Source of the DNA: Anaeramoeba ignava BMAN
Lineage: Eukaryota; Protista; Anaeramoebae
DNA: 64,000 nt
NCBI GenBank assembly: GCA_028826165.1
Contig: JAPDFW010000018.1
Coordinates: 14,682-78,681 of the forward strand
Direction: 5' to 3'
Shown: positions 40,429 through 53,175 of the stretch, one piece after another
How the letters are laid out: every line of letters begins with the position of its first letter
Position numbering within the stretch: position 1 is the stretch's first letter
The notes under the pieces: generated by a model
The model's database searches: none
Told to the model about the DNA's origin: nothing
Seen by the model: only the letters and a program-made list of their open reading frames with translations
Position numbers and translations under genes: made by a program

Positions 40429-43161
40429 ATGAAATCAATTCTTTTCTTTTTCTTAATTATCAATATTTTCTTAATTCAATCAATTCAAACTCATCAAAAA
40501 TTAATTTCATTATCATCAATAAAAGAAACAGAAACAAAAATTCAAACAGAAACAACAAAATATTATTCTTCTCTAAATTCAGCTTGGATTTGGGGTTTAT
40601 TAGAAGAATTTACAGGTTCATCAAGATATTTTGGATATTCTACTGCAATTTATAAAAATGTTCTTGTTATTGGAGCTTATGATGTTAATCAAACATTTAT
40701 TTATAGATATAATGGAACAAATTTTAATCTTGAACAAATTTTAACCAATATTTCAGTTTCAAGTTTTGGTTATAGAGTTGCAGTTTATGAAGATGTTATT
40801 GTTGTTGGAACTTATAATGAAAAACAAGCATTTATTTACAGATATAATGAAGGAAATTGGAATCTTGAACAAATTTTGAGTGAATCAGCTACATATTTTG
40901 GAATTAGTGTTTCAATTTATGAGAATGTTACTGTTGTTGGAGCTTATGCTTCGAATCAAGCATTTATTTACAGATATAATGGAATAAATTGGAATCTTGA
41001 ACAAAATTTCAATGAATCTTCCGCTATAAGTTTTGGGCATTCAGTTTCAGTTTATAAAAATGTTCTTGTTATTGGAGCTTATCAAGCAAATCAAACATTT
41101 ATTTACAGATATAATGAAGGAAATTGGAATCTTGAACAAATTTTGAATGAATCAGCTTTAAATTTTGGAATTAGTGTTTCAATTTATGAAGATGTTATTG
41201 TTGTTGGAGCTTCTCAAGCAAGGCAAGCATTTATTTACAGATATAATGGATCAATTTGGAATTTTGAACAAAATTTCAATGAACCTTCAGTTTCTAATTT
41301 TGGAAGAACTGTTTCAATTTATGAAGATGTTATTGTTATTGGAACTTATCTTGCAAATCAAGCCTTAGGTTATAGATATAATGGAACATATTGGAATCTT
41401 GAAAAAAATTTTACTGAATCAGGAACTACAAATTTTGGATGGCCTGTTTCAATTTATGGAAATATGACTGCTATTGGAACTTTTGGTGATAATCAAACAT
41501 TTGTTTACAAAGTTGATTTTATTCCTCAAGTTAATATTATTAATTGTTCATCTTTATTTTTATCATTTGATTGTTATTGGGATAAAATTGAATCTCCCTT
41601 AACTTTGAAATATCAAATTAATTATGGTTTTGATTGGATTGATATTGATTCTCCAATTCTTGAAGATGTGAATGTTTATTATCAACAATTTAATTCTTCA
41701 ATTTATGATAATATTACTGGAAATGAATATTATTCAATTCAAATCAAAGCTTGTGATTCAAATTCAATAAAATGTGGTGAATCTTCTTCTTTTATTAATT
41801 TAACAACAAAAATTGATTCTGTAAAAGATTTTCATTTATCAAATCCTTCAAATTATTCAATTAATATTACATGGAATCCTCCAAATGTTCAAATCAATGA
41901 AGGAATTGCTCATCTTGATCATTATAATATTTCTTATTTCATTCAATCTCAACCTGATTTAATATCTTTCATTTCAGTTGATAATTCTTCAATTTCTTAT
42001 TTTTTGAATAATTTAGAATGTGAAAAAGATTATAATATTTCAATTTGTGGATGTAGAACACAAGAATGTGAAGGAGATGATAAAGGAGAAGTTATTGAAT
42101 TACCAATTTTAATAAGTTTTGGAGAAGTTTCAAATATTTCATGTTCAATTTCATATTCATTAGATATTAATTGTAGTTGGAATTCAATTAATAATTGTCC
42201 AATTCCATTTTATTATAATTTTACTTATCAATCAATTTCTCAAAATGATTCAAGAAATTATCAACCAACATCAACAAATCAACAATTCACAGCTCAAATT
42301 CCAAATCAAGAATATCAAATCAATATATCAGCATGTAATTCAAATGATAAATGTGGAGATATTTCAACAATTTCAATTACAACAGATAATTTACCAATAG
42401 CTCCAACAATTTATGAAATAATTTCTAAAATTGAAGAAATTGAATTTCATTTTATCAAATTAACAAATGCAAATAATTATTCAATTTCAGTTGATAATGG
42501 AACAAATTGGCAAAAATTTACATTACTTGAATTTAATGGAATTCAAGTAATTGGAATCATAAATGGATTATCAGGAAATGTTGAATATAATATTTCAATT
42601 CGAGGATGTTCAGATTTAAATTGTGAAACACCATATTTAGGAGAACCAAGTTCAATTAATTCAACAAAAGCTAAATTAGGAAATATTACTTCATTAAATT
42701 GTATATCATTAATTAATGGATTTATTTGTACTTGGGATTCATTAATTTTATCAAGTGGATTAAAAGGATATTCATTTACTTATAATTCAACTTACAATTC
42801 AACATCAATTTGTTTAACAAATTTACAAGAACCTTATTATTCAATTACAGAATTAAAATCAGAAGAATATTATGAAATTTCAATTTATTCATCAGCTGAT
42901 TTAAATTGTTCGAATAATGAATATTCAGGAATTAATTCAACAACATCAATTACAACATCATCTTCTTGTGAATCATGTGAACCATGTCAAAAAAGTGATA
43001 ATTCAAGCAATACAACAGCAATAACTATTGGAATAATTGTTCCTATTATTGTTATTTCAACAATTATTATTGGAATTATTTTATATAAAAATAAAAAAAG
43101 AAAAAATCCAACTATTCAAACTAAAGAAGAACAAGAACTTCAAGATGATTTAGATATTTAA
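40429..43161 (+). CDS. Type I membrane protein: signal peptide, FG-GAP-like beta-propeller, FN3-like repeats, TM, short acidic tail (copy 1)
   Basis: Seven FGxSVSIYxxVxVxGA repeats, then W..P/Y.ISI.AC FN3-like units, TM ITIGIIVPIIVISTIIIGIILY and a basic stop-transfer. Confidence 0.85.
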   Translation: MKSILFFFLIINIFLIQSIQTHQKLISLSSIKETETKIQTETTKYYSSLNSAWIWGLLEEFTGSSRYFGYSTAIYKNVLVIGAYDVNQTFIYRYNGTNFNLEQILTNISVSSFGYRVAVYEDVIVVGTYNEKQAFIYRYNEGNWNLEQILSESATYFGISVSIYENVTVVGAYASNQAFIYRYNGINWNLEQNFNESSAISFGHSVSVYKNVLVIGAYQANQTFIYRYNEGNWNLEQILNESALNFGISVSIYEDVIVVGASQARQAFIYRYNGSIWNFEQNFNEPSVSNFGRTVSIYEDVIVIGTYLANQALGYRYNGTYWNLEKNFTESGTTNFGWPVSIYGNMTAIGTFGDNQTFVYKVDFIPQVNIINCSSLFLSFDCYWDKIESPLTLKYQINYGFDWIDIDSPILEDVNVYYQQFNSSIYDNITGNEYYSIQIKACDSNSIKCGESSSFINLTTKIDSVKDFHLSNPSNYSINITWNPPNVQINEGIAHLDHYNISYFIQSQPDLISFISVDNSSISYFLNNLECEKDYNISICGCRTQECEGDDKGEVIELPILISFGEVSNISCSISYSLDINCSWNSINNCPIPFYYNFTYQSISQNDSRNYQPTSTNQQFTAQIPNQEYQINISACNSNDKCGDISTISITTDNLPIAPTIYEIISKIEEIEFHFIKLTNANNYSISVDNGTNWQKFTLLEFNGIQVIGIINGLSGNVEYNISIRGCSDLNCETPYLGEPSSINSTKAKLGNITSLNCISLINGFICTWDSLILSSGLKGYSFTYNSTYNSTSICLTNLQEPYYSITELKSEEYYEISIYSSADLNCSNNEYSGINSTTSITTSSSCESCEPCQKSDNSSNTTAITIGIIVPIIVISTIIIGIILYKNKKRKNPTIQTKEEQELQDDLDI

Positions 43162-43394
43162 GTTCAGAAACCAATTTCCAATTTCCAATTTCCAATTCTT
43201 TTTTCAATTTCTTTTTTCGATTCTTTTTCAATTCTTTTTCTTTTTCAATTCTTTTTTCAATTTCTTTTTCAATTTTTTTCAAAAATTTTCTTTTTCAATT
43301 CTTTTTCAATTTTTCATTTCAATTTTTTTTCAATTTAAAACAAAAAGAAAAATTGAAATTCAAAAATAATATTTTTAATTAAATTTAATTTTTA

Positions 43395-43575
43395 CGATTT
43401 TGATAAAACTATTTGAAAAAAAAGAATTTTCAGATATTTCATTTAAAAACAGAAAATGAAGAAATAATTGAAATTTCATATTTTATTAAAATTTAGATTA
43501 ATTCAATTTCAAAATCAAATTGAAAAATTTCAAAAATTATTTCAAATTTCAATTAAAAATTAAATCAAATATTTA
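43395..43575 (+). pseudogene. Degenerate fragment of an RCC1-BTB gene (start of BTB)
   Basis: Reads D.IKLFEKKEFSDISFK.ENEEIIE..RL..QNQIEK with indels; homologous to 48195-48015 on the opposite strand. Confidence 0.65.
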
Positions 43576-43579
43576 AAAA

Positions 43580-43990
43580 ATTGATTAAAACTTTAATATT
43601 TATTATTCCAAAATTTATATTTTTTATAAAATATTTTAATTTATTTTATTTCAAAATTTAAAATAAAATTAATAATAATTTATTTATAATTTATTTTAAA
43701 ATTATATCAAAATATTTAATAAATTGATTAAAACTTTAATATTTATTATTTCAAAATTTATATTTTATTTATAAAATATTTTAATTTATTTTATTTCAAA
43801 AATTTAAAATAGAAATTAATAATAATTTATTTATAATTTATTTTAAAATTATATCAAAATATTTAATAAATTGATTAAAACCTTATATTATTTATTATTC
43901 CAAAATTTATATTTTATTTATAAAATATTTTAATTTATTTTATTTTAAAATTTAAAATAGAAATTAATAATAATTTATTTATAATTTATT
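43580..43990. repeat. Second block (~3 copies) of the ~146-bp repeat, duplicated with the receptor gene
   Basis: Same unit as 39105-40025. Confidence 0.85.
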
Positions 43991-44435
43991 TTGAATTAAA
44001 ATCGTTAAAAGAATTAAAAAGAAATAAGAAAGAAATTAATTAAAAAGGAAAAATAAAATTATCCACTTTTTCTTTATTAATTATTAAAAAAAATAAAAAA
44101 TTTTTCATTTTTTCTTTTTTCATTCTCATTTTTTCTTTTAAAATCATTTAAAAGTTAAAATAAAAAAAATAATTTATAAGATTATATTCTTAATTTTTAA
44201 AAACAAAAATAAACACAAAATAAATAGCTTTAAATAATTTAATTTTTGTTATTATTTTTCTTTTTAAATTATTAAAAAAATAAAAAAATAAGATTATAAC
44301 TTAAAAACAAAAAAAACAAAAATAAAAACAAAAACAAAAACAAAAACAAAAACAAAAACAAAACAAAAACAAAACAAAAACAAAACAAAACAAAAACAAA
44401 ACAAAACAAAAACAAAACAAAACAAAACAAAACAA

Positions 44436-47163
44436 ATGAAATCAATTCTTTTCTTTTTCTTAATTATCAATATTTTCTTAATTCAATCAATTCAAACTCA
44501 TCAAAAATTAATTTCATTATCATCAATAAAAGAAACAGAAACAGAAACAAAAATTCAAACAGAAACAACAAAATATTATTCTTCTCTAGATCCAGCTTGG
44601 ATTTGGGGTTTATTAGAAGAATTTACAGGTTCATCAAGATATTTTGGATCTGCTACTGCAATTTATAAAAATGTTCTTGTTATTGGAGCTTATGATGTTA
44701 ATCAAACATTTATTTACAGATATAATGGAACAAATTTTAATCTTGAACAAATTTTAACCAATATTTCAGTTTTAAATTTTGGTTATAGAGTTGCAGTTTA
44801 TGAAGATGTTATTGTTATTGGATCTTATACTGAAAAACAAGTATTTATTTACAGATATAATGAAGGAAATTGGAATCTTGAACAAATTTTGAGTGAATCA
44901 GCTACATATTTTGGAATTAGTGTTTCAATTTATGAGAATGTTACTGTTGTTGGAGCTTCTTCTTCAAATCAAGTATTTATTTACAGATATAATGGAGGAA
45001 ATTGGAATCTTGAAAAACTTTTGAGTGAATCAATTCTATATTTTGGGCATTCAGTTTCAGTTTATAAAGATGTTCTTGCTATTGGAGCTTCTGCCGCAAA
45101 TCAAGCATTTATTTACAGATATAATGAAGGAAATTGGAATCTTGAACAAAATTTGAATGAATCAGCTTCATATTTTGGAATTAGTGTTTCAATTTATGAA
45201 AATGTTCTTGTTATTGGAGCTCATATTGGAAAGCAAGCATTTGTTTACAGATATAATGGATCAATTTGGAATCTTGAACAAAATTTCAATGAATCTTCAC
45301 TTTCATGGTTTGGATATTCTGTTTCAATTTATGAAAGTCTTATTGTTATTGGAACTTATCTTGCAAATCAAGCCTTAGGTTATAGATATAATGGAACATA
45401 TTGGAATCTTTGAAAAAAATTTTACTGAATCAGGAACTACAAAATTTGGATGGCCTGTTTCAATTTATGGAAATATGACTGCTATTGGAACTTATGGTGG
45501 AAATCAAACATTTGTTTACAAAGTTGATTTTATTCCTCAAGTTAATATTATTAATTGTTCATCTTTATTTTCATCATTTGATTGTTATTGGGATAAAATT
45601 GAATCTCCCTTAACTTTGAAATATCAAATTAATTATGGTTTTGATTGGATTGATATTGATTCTCCAATTCTTGAAGATGTGAATGTTTATTATCAACAAT
45701 TTAATTCTTCAATTTATGATAATATTACTGGAAATGAATATTATTCAATTCAAATCAAAGCTTGTGATTCAAATTCAATAAAATGTGGTGAATCTTCTTC
45801 TTTAATTAATTTAACAACAAAAATTGATTCTGTAAAAGATTTTCATTTATCAAATCCTTCAAATTATTCAATTAATATTACATGGAATCCTCCAAATGTT
45901 CAAATCAATGAAGGAATTGCTCATCTTGATCATTATAATATTTCTTATTTCATTCAATCTCAACCTGATTTAATATCTTTCATTTCAGTTGATAATTCTT
46001 CAATTTCTTATTTTCTAGAAAATTTAGAATGTGAAAAAGATTATAATATTTCAATTTGTGGATGTAGAACACAAGAATGTGAAGGAGATGATAAAGGAGA
46101 AGTTATTGAATTACCAATTTCAATAAGTTTTGAAGAAGTTTCAAATATTTCATGTTCAATTTCATATTCATTAGATATTAATTGTAGTTGGAATTCAATT
46201 AATAATTGTCCAATTCCATTTTATTATAATTTTACTTATCAATCAATTTCTCAAAATGATTCAAGAAATTATCAACCAACATCAACAAATCAACAATTTA
46301 CAGCTCAAATTCCAAATCAAGAATATCAAATCAATATATCAGCATGTAATTCAAATGATAAATGTGGAGATATTTCAACAATTTCAATTACAACAGATAA
46401 TTTACCAATAGCTCCAACAATTTATGAAATAATTTCTAAAATTGAAGAAATTGAATTTCATTTTATCAAATTAACAAATGCAAATAATTATTCAATTTCA
46501 GTTGATAATGGAACAAATTGGCAAAAATTTACATTACTTGAATTTAATGGAATTCAAGTAATTGGAATCATAAATGGATTATCAGGAAATGTTGAATATA
46601 ATATTTCAATTCGAGGATGTTCAGATTTAAATTGTGAAACACCATATTTAGGAGAACCAAGTTCAATTAATTCAACAAAAGCTAAATTAGGAAATATTAC
46701 TTCATTAAATTGTATATCATTAATTAATGGATTTATTTGTACTTGGGATTCATTAATTTTATCAAGTGGATTAAAAGGATATTCATTTACTTATAATTCA
46801 ACTTACAATTCAACATCAATTTGTTTAACAAATTTACAATCACCTCGTTATTCAATTACAGAATTAAAATCAGAAGAATATTATGAAATTTCAATTTATT
46901 CATCAGCTGATTTAAATTGTTCGAATAATGAATATTCAGGAATTAATTCAACAACATCAATTACAACATCACCTCCTTATGAACCATGTCAAAAAAGTGA
47001 TAATTCAAGCAATACAACAGCAATAACTATTGGAATAATTGTTCCTATTATTGTTATTTCAACAATTATTATTGGAATTATTTTATATAAAAATAAAAAA
47101 AGAAAAAATCCAACTATTCAAACTAAAGAAGAACAAGAACTTCAAGATGATTTAGATATTTAA
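44436..47163 (+). CDS. FG-GAP/FN3 type I membrane protein, copy 2 (1-nt frameshift near 45411, probably an error)
   Basis: Paralog of 40429-43161; aatctttgaaa here versus aatcttgaaa in copy 1. Confidence 0.82.
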
Positions 47164-47558
47164 GTTCAGAAACCAATTTCCAATTTCCAATTTCCAATTC
47201 TTTTTCTTTTTTCAATTTCTTTTTCAATTCTTTTTCTTTTTCAATTTCTTTTTTCAATTCTTTTTTCAATTTCTTTTTCCAATTCTTTTTCTTTTTCAAT
47301 TCTTTTTCTTTTTCAATTCTTTTTCTTTTTCAATTTCTTTTTTCAATTTCTTTTTTCAATTCTTTTTTCTTTTTCAATTCCAAAAAAAACAAAAATTAAT
47401 TCCAAAAAAATAATCTTTTTAATTCTTTAATTTTTTGATTTTGATTTCGATTTTGATTTTAATTTTAATTTTAATTTTAATTTTAATTTTATTTTTGATT
47501 TTTAATTTTAAATTTTAATTTTAATTTTAATTTTAATTTTTGAATTTTAATTTTGATT

Positions 47559-49340
47559 TTAATCTTGATGATTAAATTTGTTAATTAATAAATCAAATAA
47601 ATTTGGATTTGTTTGATTTAATTGAAAATAATCAATTCCAATTTGAATTTCATTAATTATTTCTTGTGTAATTTCAATTTCTTCTTTAATTTGATTTGAA
47701 TAAATCCAATATTCAAATATTTGAAATGATTTATTACTTAATTCACTATAATCTGTAACTTTATTAGATTTATCATTTGTTACAGATAAAAACATTCCTC
47801 GATATAATTCACTTCTCATTATTAATATTAATTTAGGAAATTTATATTGTTTTTCTTCTCTTTCAATAATAAAATCTTTTTCATTTTCATTTTCATTTTC
47901 ATTTAAATAAATTCTTTTCATTGTTTCTTCAATTTTTTCATTTGAATTTATAATTTCTTTAATTTCAGAATATAATTTTGGATTTATTTTAGAATTGTTT
48001 GAATAAATCATTTCAAATATTTGATTTGATTCTTTAATTGATTTACTTGAAATAATTTCTTGAAGTTTTTCAATTTGATTTTGATTTTGATTTAATCTAT
48101 ATTTCAATATTAATTTATGAGCTTCAATTATTTCTCCATTTTCGGTTTTAAATGAAATATCACAAAATTCTTTTCTTCTAAATAGTTTTATCAAATCTTC
48201 TTCAAGATTAGAAAAAGAAGGAGGAGAATAATAAAGAAAGGAATTTTCATATCCACAATAGATATGATAATTAGAAATATTTTCATTAAATCTTAATTTA
48301 GGAAATTCAATTTGAATTGGAATATATTGAGATTCTGTATTTCCAGTTCCTAATTCACCATACATATTATCTCCAAAACCTATTAATTTTGAATTGGAAG
48401 TTAAAATCAAAGTATGAATATGACCAACAGAAAAATCAAGAATATTATCATTTTCAAATAAAGATGATTTGATTTCAGTAAATTCATATATATATTCATC
48501 ATCTTTGCCAAGTGCATTAAATTCCCAATATCCACATGAATAAAGTTTTCTTTTTGGATTTTCATCTTCATTTTCAATCAACATTATTGAATGATACCAT
48601 CCACATTTAATATCAATTATTTTACCTTTTGGAATATTTTGGATTTTGGTTAATTTTTGAATTTTTATTTCTTCTTTTCTTGAATATCCTAATCCAAGTT
48701 GACCAAATCTATTATCGCCAAATCCAAATAATTCTTGATTTGAATTTAAAAGAAAAACAGAATTTGAAGAATTTCCTGAAAATATTTTAGAAACATTTTT
48801 CATCATTAAAATTGGTTTTTCTGTTTCTTCAAGTGTTTCAGAATCAAAACCAAGTTGACTAAATTTATTTGAACCAAATCCATAAACATTTTGATTTGAA
48901 GTTAATAAGTAAATTGAACTATTTCCAGAAACAATATCTTTGATTATTCTATCATTTGTATCTTCAATTAATGATGAAATATTGATAAATTTATTTGGAT
49001 TTTTTGAATTAATATCTCTTCCTTTGGCAAATACATTTCCTTCTATTGTTAAAATAGCTTCATTTGAATTACCAACAGTTACTTTTTGAATATTTTCTTC
49101 AATTTGGATTTTTGAAGGTTTTTGATTTGAATTATTTAAATATTCTATTGCTTTTCCATTTTCAAAAAGGAAAGTTGTTGAAAAATAACCTGTTGCAATT
49201 TGTTTAATTTGTTTTTCATCTTCATCTTCATTTTCATTTTCATTTTCATTTTCAAATTTAAATTGGATTGGTTTTGTTATTCTTATCTGTTGATTTGAAA
49301 AAATTGAAGAGTTTTTACCAAAAAATATAATTTCATTCAT
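47559..49340 (-). CDS. RCC1-repeat + tandem BTB-like protein
   Basis: GFGDNRFGQLGLG, CGWYHS and VGHIHT RCC1 repeats; EFCDISF..AHKLIL and RSELYRGMF BTB-like motifs. Confidence 0.9.
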   Translation of the reverse strand: MNEIIFFGKNSSIFSNQQIRITKPIQFKFENENENENEDEDEKQIKQIATGYFSTTFLFENGKAIEYLNNSNQKPSKIQIEENIQKVTVGNSNEAILTIEGNVFAKGRDINSKNPNKFINISSLIEDTNDRIIKDIVSGNSSIYLLTSNQNVYGFGSNKFSQLGFDSETLEETEKPILMMKNVSKIFSGNSSNSVFLLNSNQELFGFGDNRFGQLGLGYSRKEEIKIQKLTKIQNIPKGKIIDIKCGWYHSIMLIENEDENPKRKLYSCGYWEFNALGKDDEYIYEFTEIKSSLFENDNILDFSVGHIHTLILTSNSKLIGFGDNMYGELGTGNTESQYIPIQIEFPKLRFNENISNYHIYCGYENSFLYYSPPSFSNLEEDLIKLFRRKEFCDISFKTENGEIIEAHKLILKYRLNQNQNQIEKLQEIISSKSIKESNQIFEMIYSNNSKINPKLYSEIKEIINSNEKIEETMKRIYLNENENENEKDFIIEREEKQYKFPKLILIMRSELYRGMFLSVTNDKSNKVTDYSELSNKSFQIFEYWIYSNQIKEEIEITQEIINEIQIGIDYFQLNQTNPNLFDLLINKFNHQD

Positions 49341-49898
49341 TTTTGAAAAGAAAAAAAATGAAAAAATGAATTTTGAATTTTAATTTTAATTTTAATTTTA
49401 ATTTTAATTTTAATTTTAATTTTAATTTTAATTTTAATTTTAATTTTAATTTTAATTTTGATTTTAATTTTGATTTTTAATTTTAATTTTAATTTTAATT
49501 TTAATTTTGATTTTTAATTTTGATTTTAATTTTAATTTTGATTTTTAATTTTAATTTTTATTTTGATTTTGATTTTAATTTTAATTTTTATTTTGATTTT
49601 AATTTTTAATTTTAATTTTAATTTTAATTTTAATTTTAATTTTAATTTTGATTTTGATTTTGATTTTGATTTTAATTTTAATTTTAATTTTAATTTAAAT
49701 TTGATTTTAATTTTAATTTTAATTTTAATTTTAATTTTAATTTTAATTTTAATTTTGATTTTGATTTTAATTTTGAATTTTAATTTTAATTTTAATTTTA
49801 ATTTTAATTTTGATTTTAATTTTAATTTTAATTTTAATTTTATTTTTATTTTTATTTTTAATTTAAATTTTTTTAAATTTTAATTTTAAATTTTAATT

Positions 49899-51695
49899 TT
49901 AATTTTTTTGGATTTGTTTAATTTTAATTTTAATTTTAATTTTAATTTTAATTTTTATTTTGATTTTGATTTTAATTTTGAATTTTAATTTTAATTTTAA
50001 TTTTAATTTTAATTTTAATTTTGATTTTGATTTTGAATAAATCCAATATTCAAATAATTGAAATGATTTATTACTTAATTCACTATAATCTGTAACTTTA
50101 TTAGATTTATCTTCTGTTACAGATAAAAACATTCCTCGATATAATTCACTTCTCATTATTAATATTAATTTGGGAAATTTATATTGTTTTTCTTCTCTTT
50201 CAATTATAAAATCTTTTTCATTTTCATTTTCATTTTCATTTAAATAAATTCTTTTAATTGTTTCTTCAATTTTTTCATTTGAATTTATAATTTCTTTAAT
50301 TTCAGAATATAATTTTGGATTTATTATTCTGTTTGAATAAATCATTTCAAATATTTGATTTGATTCTTTAATTGATTTTTTTGAAATAATTTCTTGAAGT
50401 TTTTCAATTTGATTTTCATTTTGATTTAATCTATATTTCAATATTAATTTATGAGCTTCAATTATTTCTCCATTTTCTGTTTTAAATGAAATATCACAAA
50501 ATTCTTTTCTTTCAAATAATTTTATCAAATCTTCTTCAAGATTGGAAAAAGAAGAAAGGGAAGGAGAATAATAAAGAAATGATTTTGAAGATCCACAAGA
50601 AAGATGATAATTGGAAATATCTTCATTAAATCTTAATTTAGGAAGTTCAATTTGAATTGGAAATGATTGATTATTTGTATCTTCAGTTCCTAATTGACCA
50701 TACCAATTATATCCAAATCCTATTAATTTTGGTTTGGAAGTTAAAATCAAAGTATGGAAATTACCAACAGAGAAATCAAGAATATTATCATCATTTTCAA
50801 ATAAAGATGATTTGATTTCAGTAAATTCATAAGTAGTTTCTTCATTTTTTCCAAGTCCATTATATCTATTGTGCCCACATGAATAAAGTTTTCTTTTTGG
50901 ATTTTGATTTTGATTTTGATTTTCATTTTCAATCAACATTATTGAATGGACATATCCACATTGAATATCAATTATTTTGCCTTTTGGAATATTTTGGATT
51001 TTGGTTAATTTTTGAATTTTTGTTTCTTTTCTTGATTCTCCTAATCCAAGTTGACCATCATCAGTATCGCCACATCCAAATAATTCTTGATTTGAATTTA
51101 AAAAAAAAATAGAATTTGAAGAATTTCCTGAAAATATTTTAGAAACATTTTTCATTATTAAAATTGGTTTTTGTGTTTTTGGAAGTGTTTCAGAATCAAA
51201 ACCAATTTGACCATAATCATTTGAACCAATTCCATAAGCATTTTGATTTGAAGTTAATAAGTAAATTGAATTTCTTCCAGAAACAATATCTTCAATTATT
51301 CTATCATTTGTATCTTCAATTAATGATGAAATATTAATAAATTTATTTGGATTTTTTGAATTAATATCTTTTCCTTTGGCAAATACATTTCCTTCTATTG
51401 TTAAAATAGCTTTATTTTGATAACCAACAATTACTTTTTGAATATTTTCAATTTGGATTTTTGAAGGTTTTTGATTTGAATCGTTTTTATTTAAATATTC
51501 TATTGCTTTTCCATTTTTAAAAAGGAAAATTGTTGAAAAATTTCCTGATGAAATTTGTTTAATTTGTTTTTCATTTTCATTTTCATTTTCATTTTCATTT
51601 TCAAATTTAAATTGAATTGGTTTTGTTATTTTTTCTGGTTCATTTTTGATAAGTTTTGATTTTTTATTTAAACCAAAAAATATAATTTCATTCAT
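49899..51695 (-). CDS. RCC1-repeat + BTB-like paralog whose C-terminus is replaced by microsatellite after ~50035
   Basis: Colinear with 47559-49340 up to FEYWIYS, then runs into (aaaatt)n. Confidence 0.8.
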   Translation of the reverse strand: MNEIIFFGLNKKSKLIKNEPEKITKPIQFKFENENENENENEKQIKQISSGNFSTIFLFKNGKAIEYLNKNDSNQKPSKIQIENIQKVIVGYQNKAILTIEGNVFAKGKDINSKNPNKFINISSLIEDTNDRIIEDIVSGRNSIYLLTSNQNAYGIGSNDYGQIGFDSETLPKTQKPILIMKNVSKIFSGNSSNSIFFLNSNQELFGCGDTDDGQLGLGESRKETKIQKLTKIQNIPKGKIIDIQCGYVHSIMLIENENQNQNQNPKRKLYSCGHNRYNGLGKNEETTYEFTEIKSSLFENDDNILDFSVGNFHTLILTSKPKLIGFGYNWYGQLGTEDTNNQSFPIQIELPKLRFNEDISNYHLSCGSSKSFLYYSPSLSSFSNLEEDLIKLFERKEFCDISFKTENGEIIEAHKLILKYRLNQNENQIEKLQEIISKKSIKESNQIFEMIYSNRIINPKLYSEIKEIINSNEKIEETIKRIYLNENENENEKDFIIEREEKQYKFPKLILIMRSELYRGMFLSVTEDKSNKVTDYSELSNKSFQLFEYWIYSKSKSKLKLKLKLKLKLKFKIKIKIKIKIKIKIKIKIKIKQIQKN

Positions 51696-51750
51696 TTTTG
51701 AAAAGAAAAAAAATGAAAAAATGAAAAAAATGAAAAAAAAATTTTTAATT

Positions 51751-53175
51751 TTAATTTTTAAATAATCCTCCAGGTGTTCGAAGAACTAAATAAATTGTAT
51801 TTCCATGTTCAATTGGATAATCTTTGAATTTCTTCCCAATTCTCATTTGTTTTCCTTTTAAAATTAAACGTTGTTGTTCCTTTGGAATACCTAAATTTTG
51901 ATAAACTTCATTCATAAAATCTTCAACAGTTTCCTCATAATCAACAAAAAAAGAAAAAGATTTTCCATGCAAATCTTTCACAAAAACTAAGAAAAATGAA
52001 GATTAATATGAAGGAAATAAAAAAATTTTTTTGATTTAATGAAAAAAAAAGTTCTTACTTTGAAATTGAGGAATTATTTGAATTTCTTCTGTTTTTTCAA
52101 TTTCTTCTTTTATTTGAATTTCTTCTGTTTTTTCAATTTCTTCTTTTTTGGTAATTCCATTAACTCTTCTTCGTTTTCTTTTCAATTGATCCAAACATTG
52201 AATAAATTCATTTAATGAACATCTTTCTTTTGGATTTTGATTCCATCCTTTTTTAATAACTTCAATTAATTCTTTAGGGAAATGATTTGGAAATTCTGGT
52301 CTTTCTCCTTGTTTGATTTTTTGAGGAATATCAAAAGCGTTTTCATCTTGAAAAGGTTTTTTCTTTGAGAACATTTGAAATAAAATCATTGATAAACTGA
52401 AAATATCACAAGAAGAATCATAAATACTTCCTTGTTGAAAAAGTTCTGGAGCTGAATAACCAAATGAAACAAAAGCAGTTGTATTTTTCATTGTATGTTC
52501 ATGAATTTTAGAAAGTCCAAAATCACAAATTTTTGGTTGATCATTTGAAATGAGAATATTTTGAGGTTTTAAATCACGATGAATAATTGAATTTAAATGT
52601 AAATATTTTATTCCATCAATAATTTTTAAAGAGTAATCAATTTTTTTTGAAAGTGATAATTTTGGGATTTTTTGTTCTAAATTTCCTTGTTCACCAAATT
52701 CCATTAAGATTCCAAAACTTTTTTTATACTCAACCATTCCATAAATTTTGATGATATTTGGATGATTCAATTTGACAGCTAATTGAAGTTCATTTTCAAA
52801 TTGATTTCTTAATTTCTGATTAGTTTGAATTCTCATTTTCTTTAAAGCAACTAGATTATTTCCCCATTTTGCCTTGTAAATATCAGCTGAACCACCCAAA
52901 GCAAAAGATTCTTTTGCTACTTTTAATTCAGATAAAGGAATAATTGGAACATTTGACAGTTTTTTTTTTTCTTTCATTTCTTCAACTGATTGTAATAAAT
53001 CCCGATTTAGAATTGATTCAAAATTTTCAAATGAAGATCTGCAAAATGGACAACTATCAATTTTCTTTAAACAGTGCTCACAAACTGAATGACCTTCTTT
53101 GCAAACAATCATTGGTTTTCTCTCTTTGGAATATTCTTCAAAACAAATTTGACAAGAAAATGGTTTTGATTCCAT
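51751..53175 (-). CDS. RING + TKL-like protein kinase + C-terminal ubiquitin-like domain; exons 53175-52059, 51986-51751
   Basis: CQIC..CKEGHSVCEHC..CPFC RING; VALK, HRDLKPQN, DFG and APE kinase motifs; a phase-1 intron yields FQIFVKDLHGK..QQRLILKGKQ..LVLRTPGGLFKN. Confidence 0.9.

Noticed and set aside
5760-45415. Single-base frameshifts in several genes (~5830, ~6760, ~14990, ~15130, ~19546, ~45411) as programmed frameshifting or true pseudogenisation
   Set aside because: They fall in or beside homopolymer runs, share no slippery motif, and one hits the otherwise intact RMND5; long-read consensus errors are the simplest explanation
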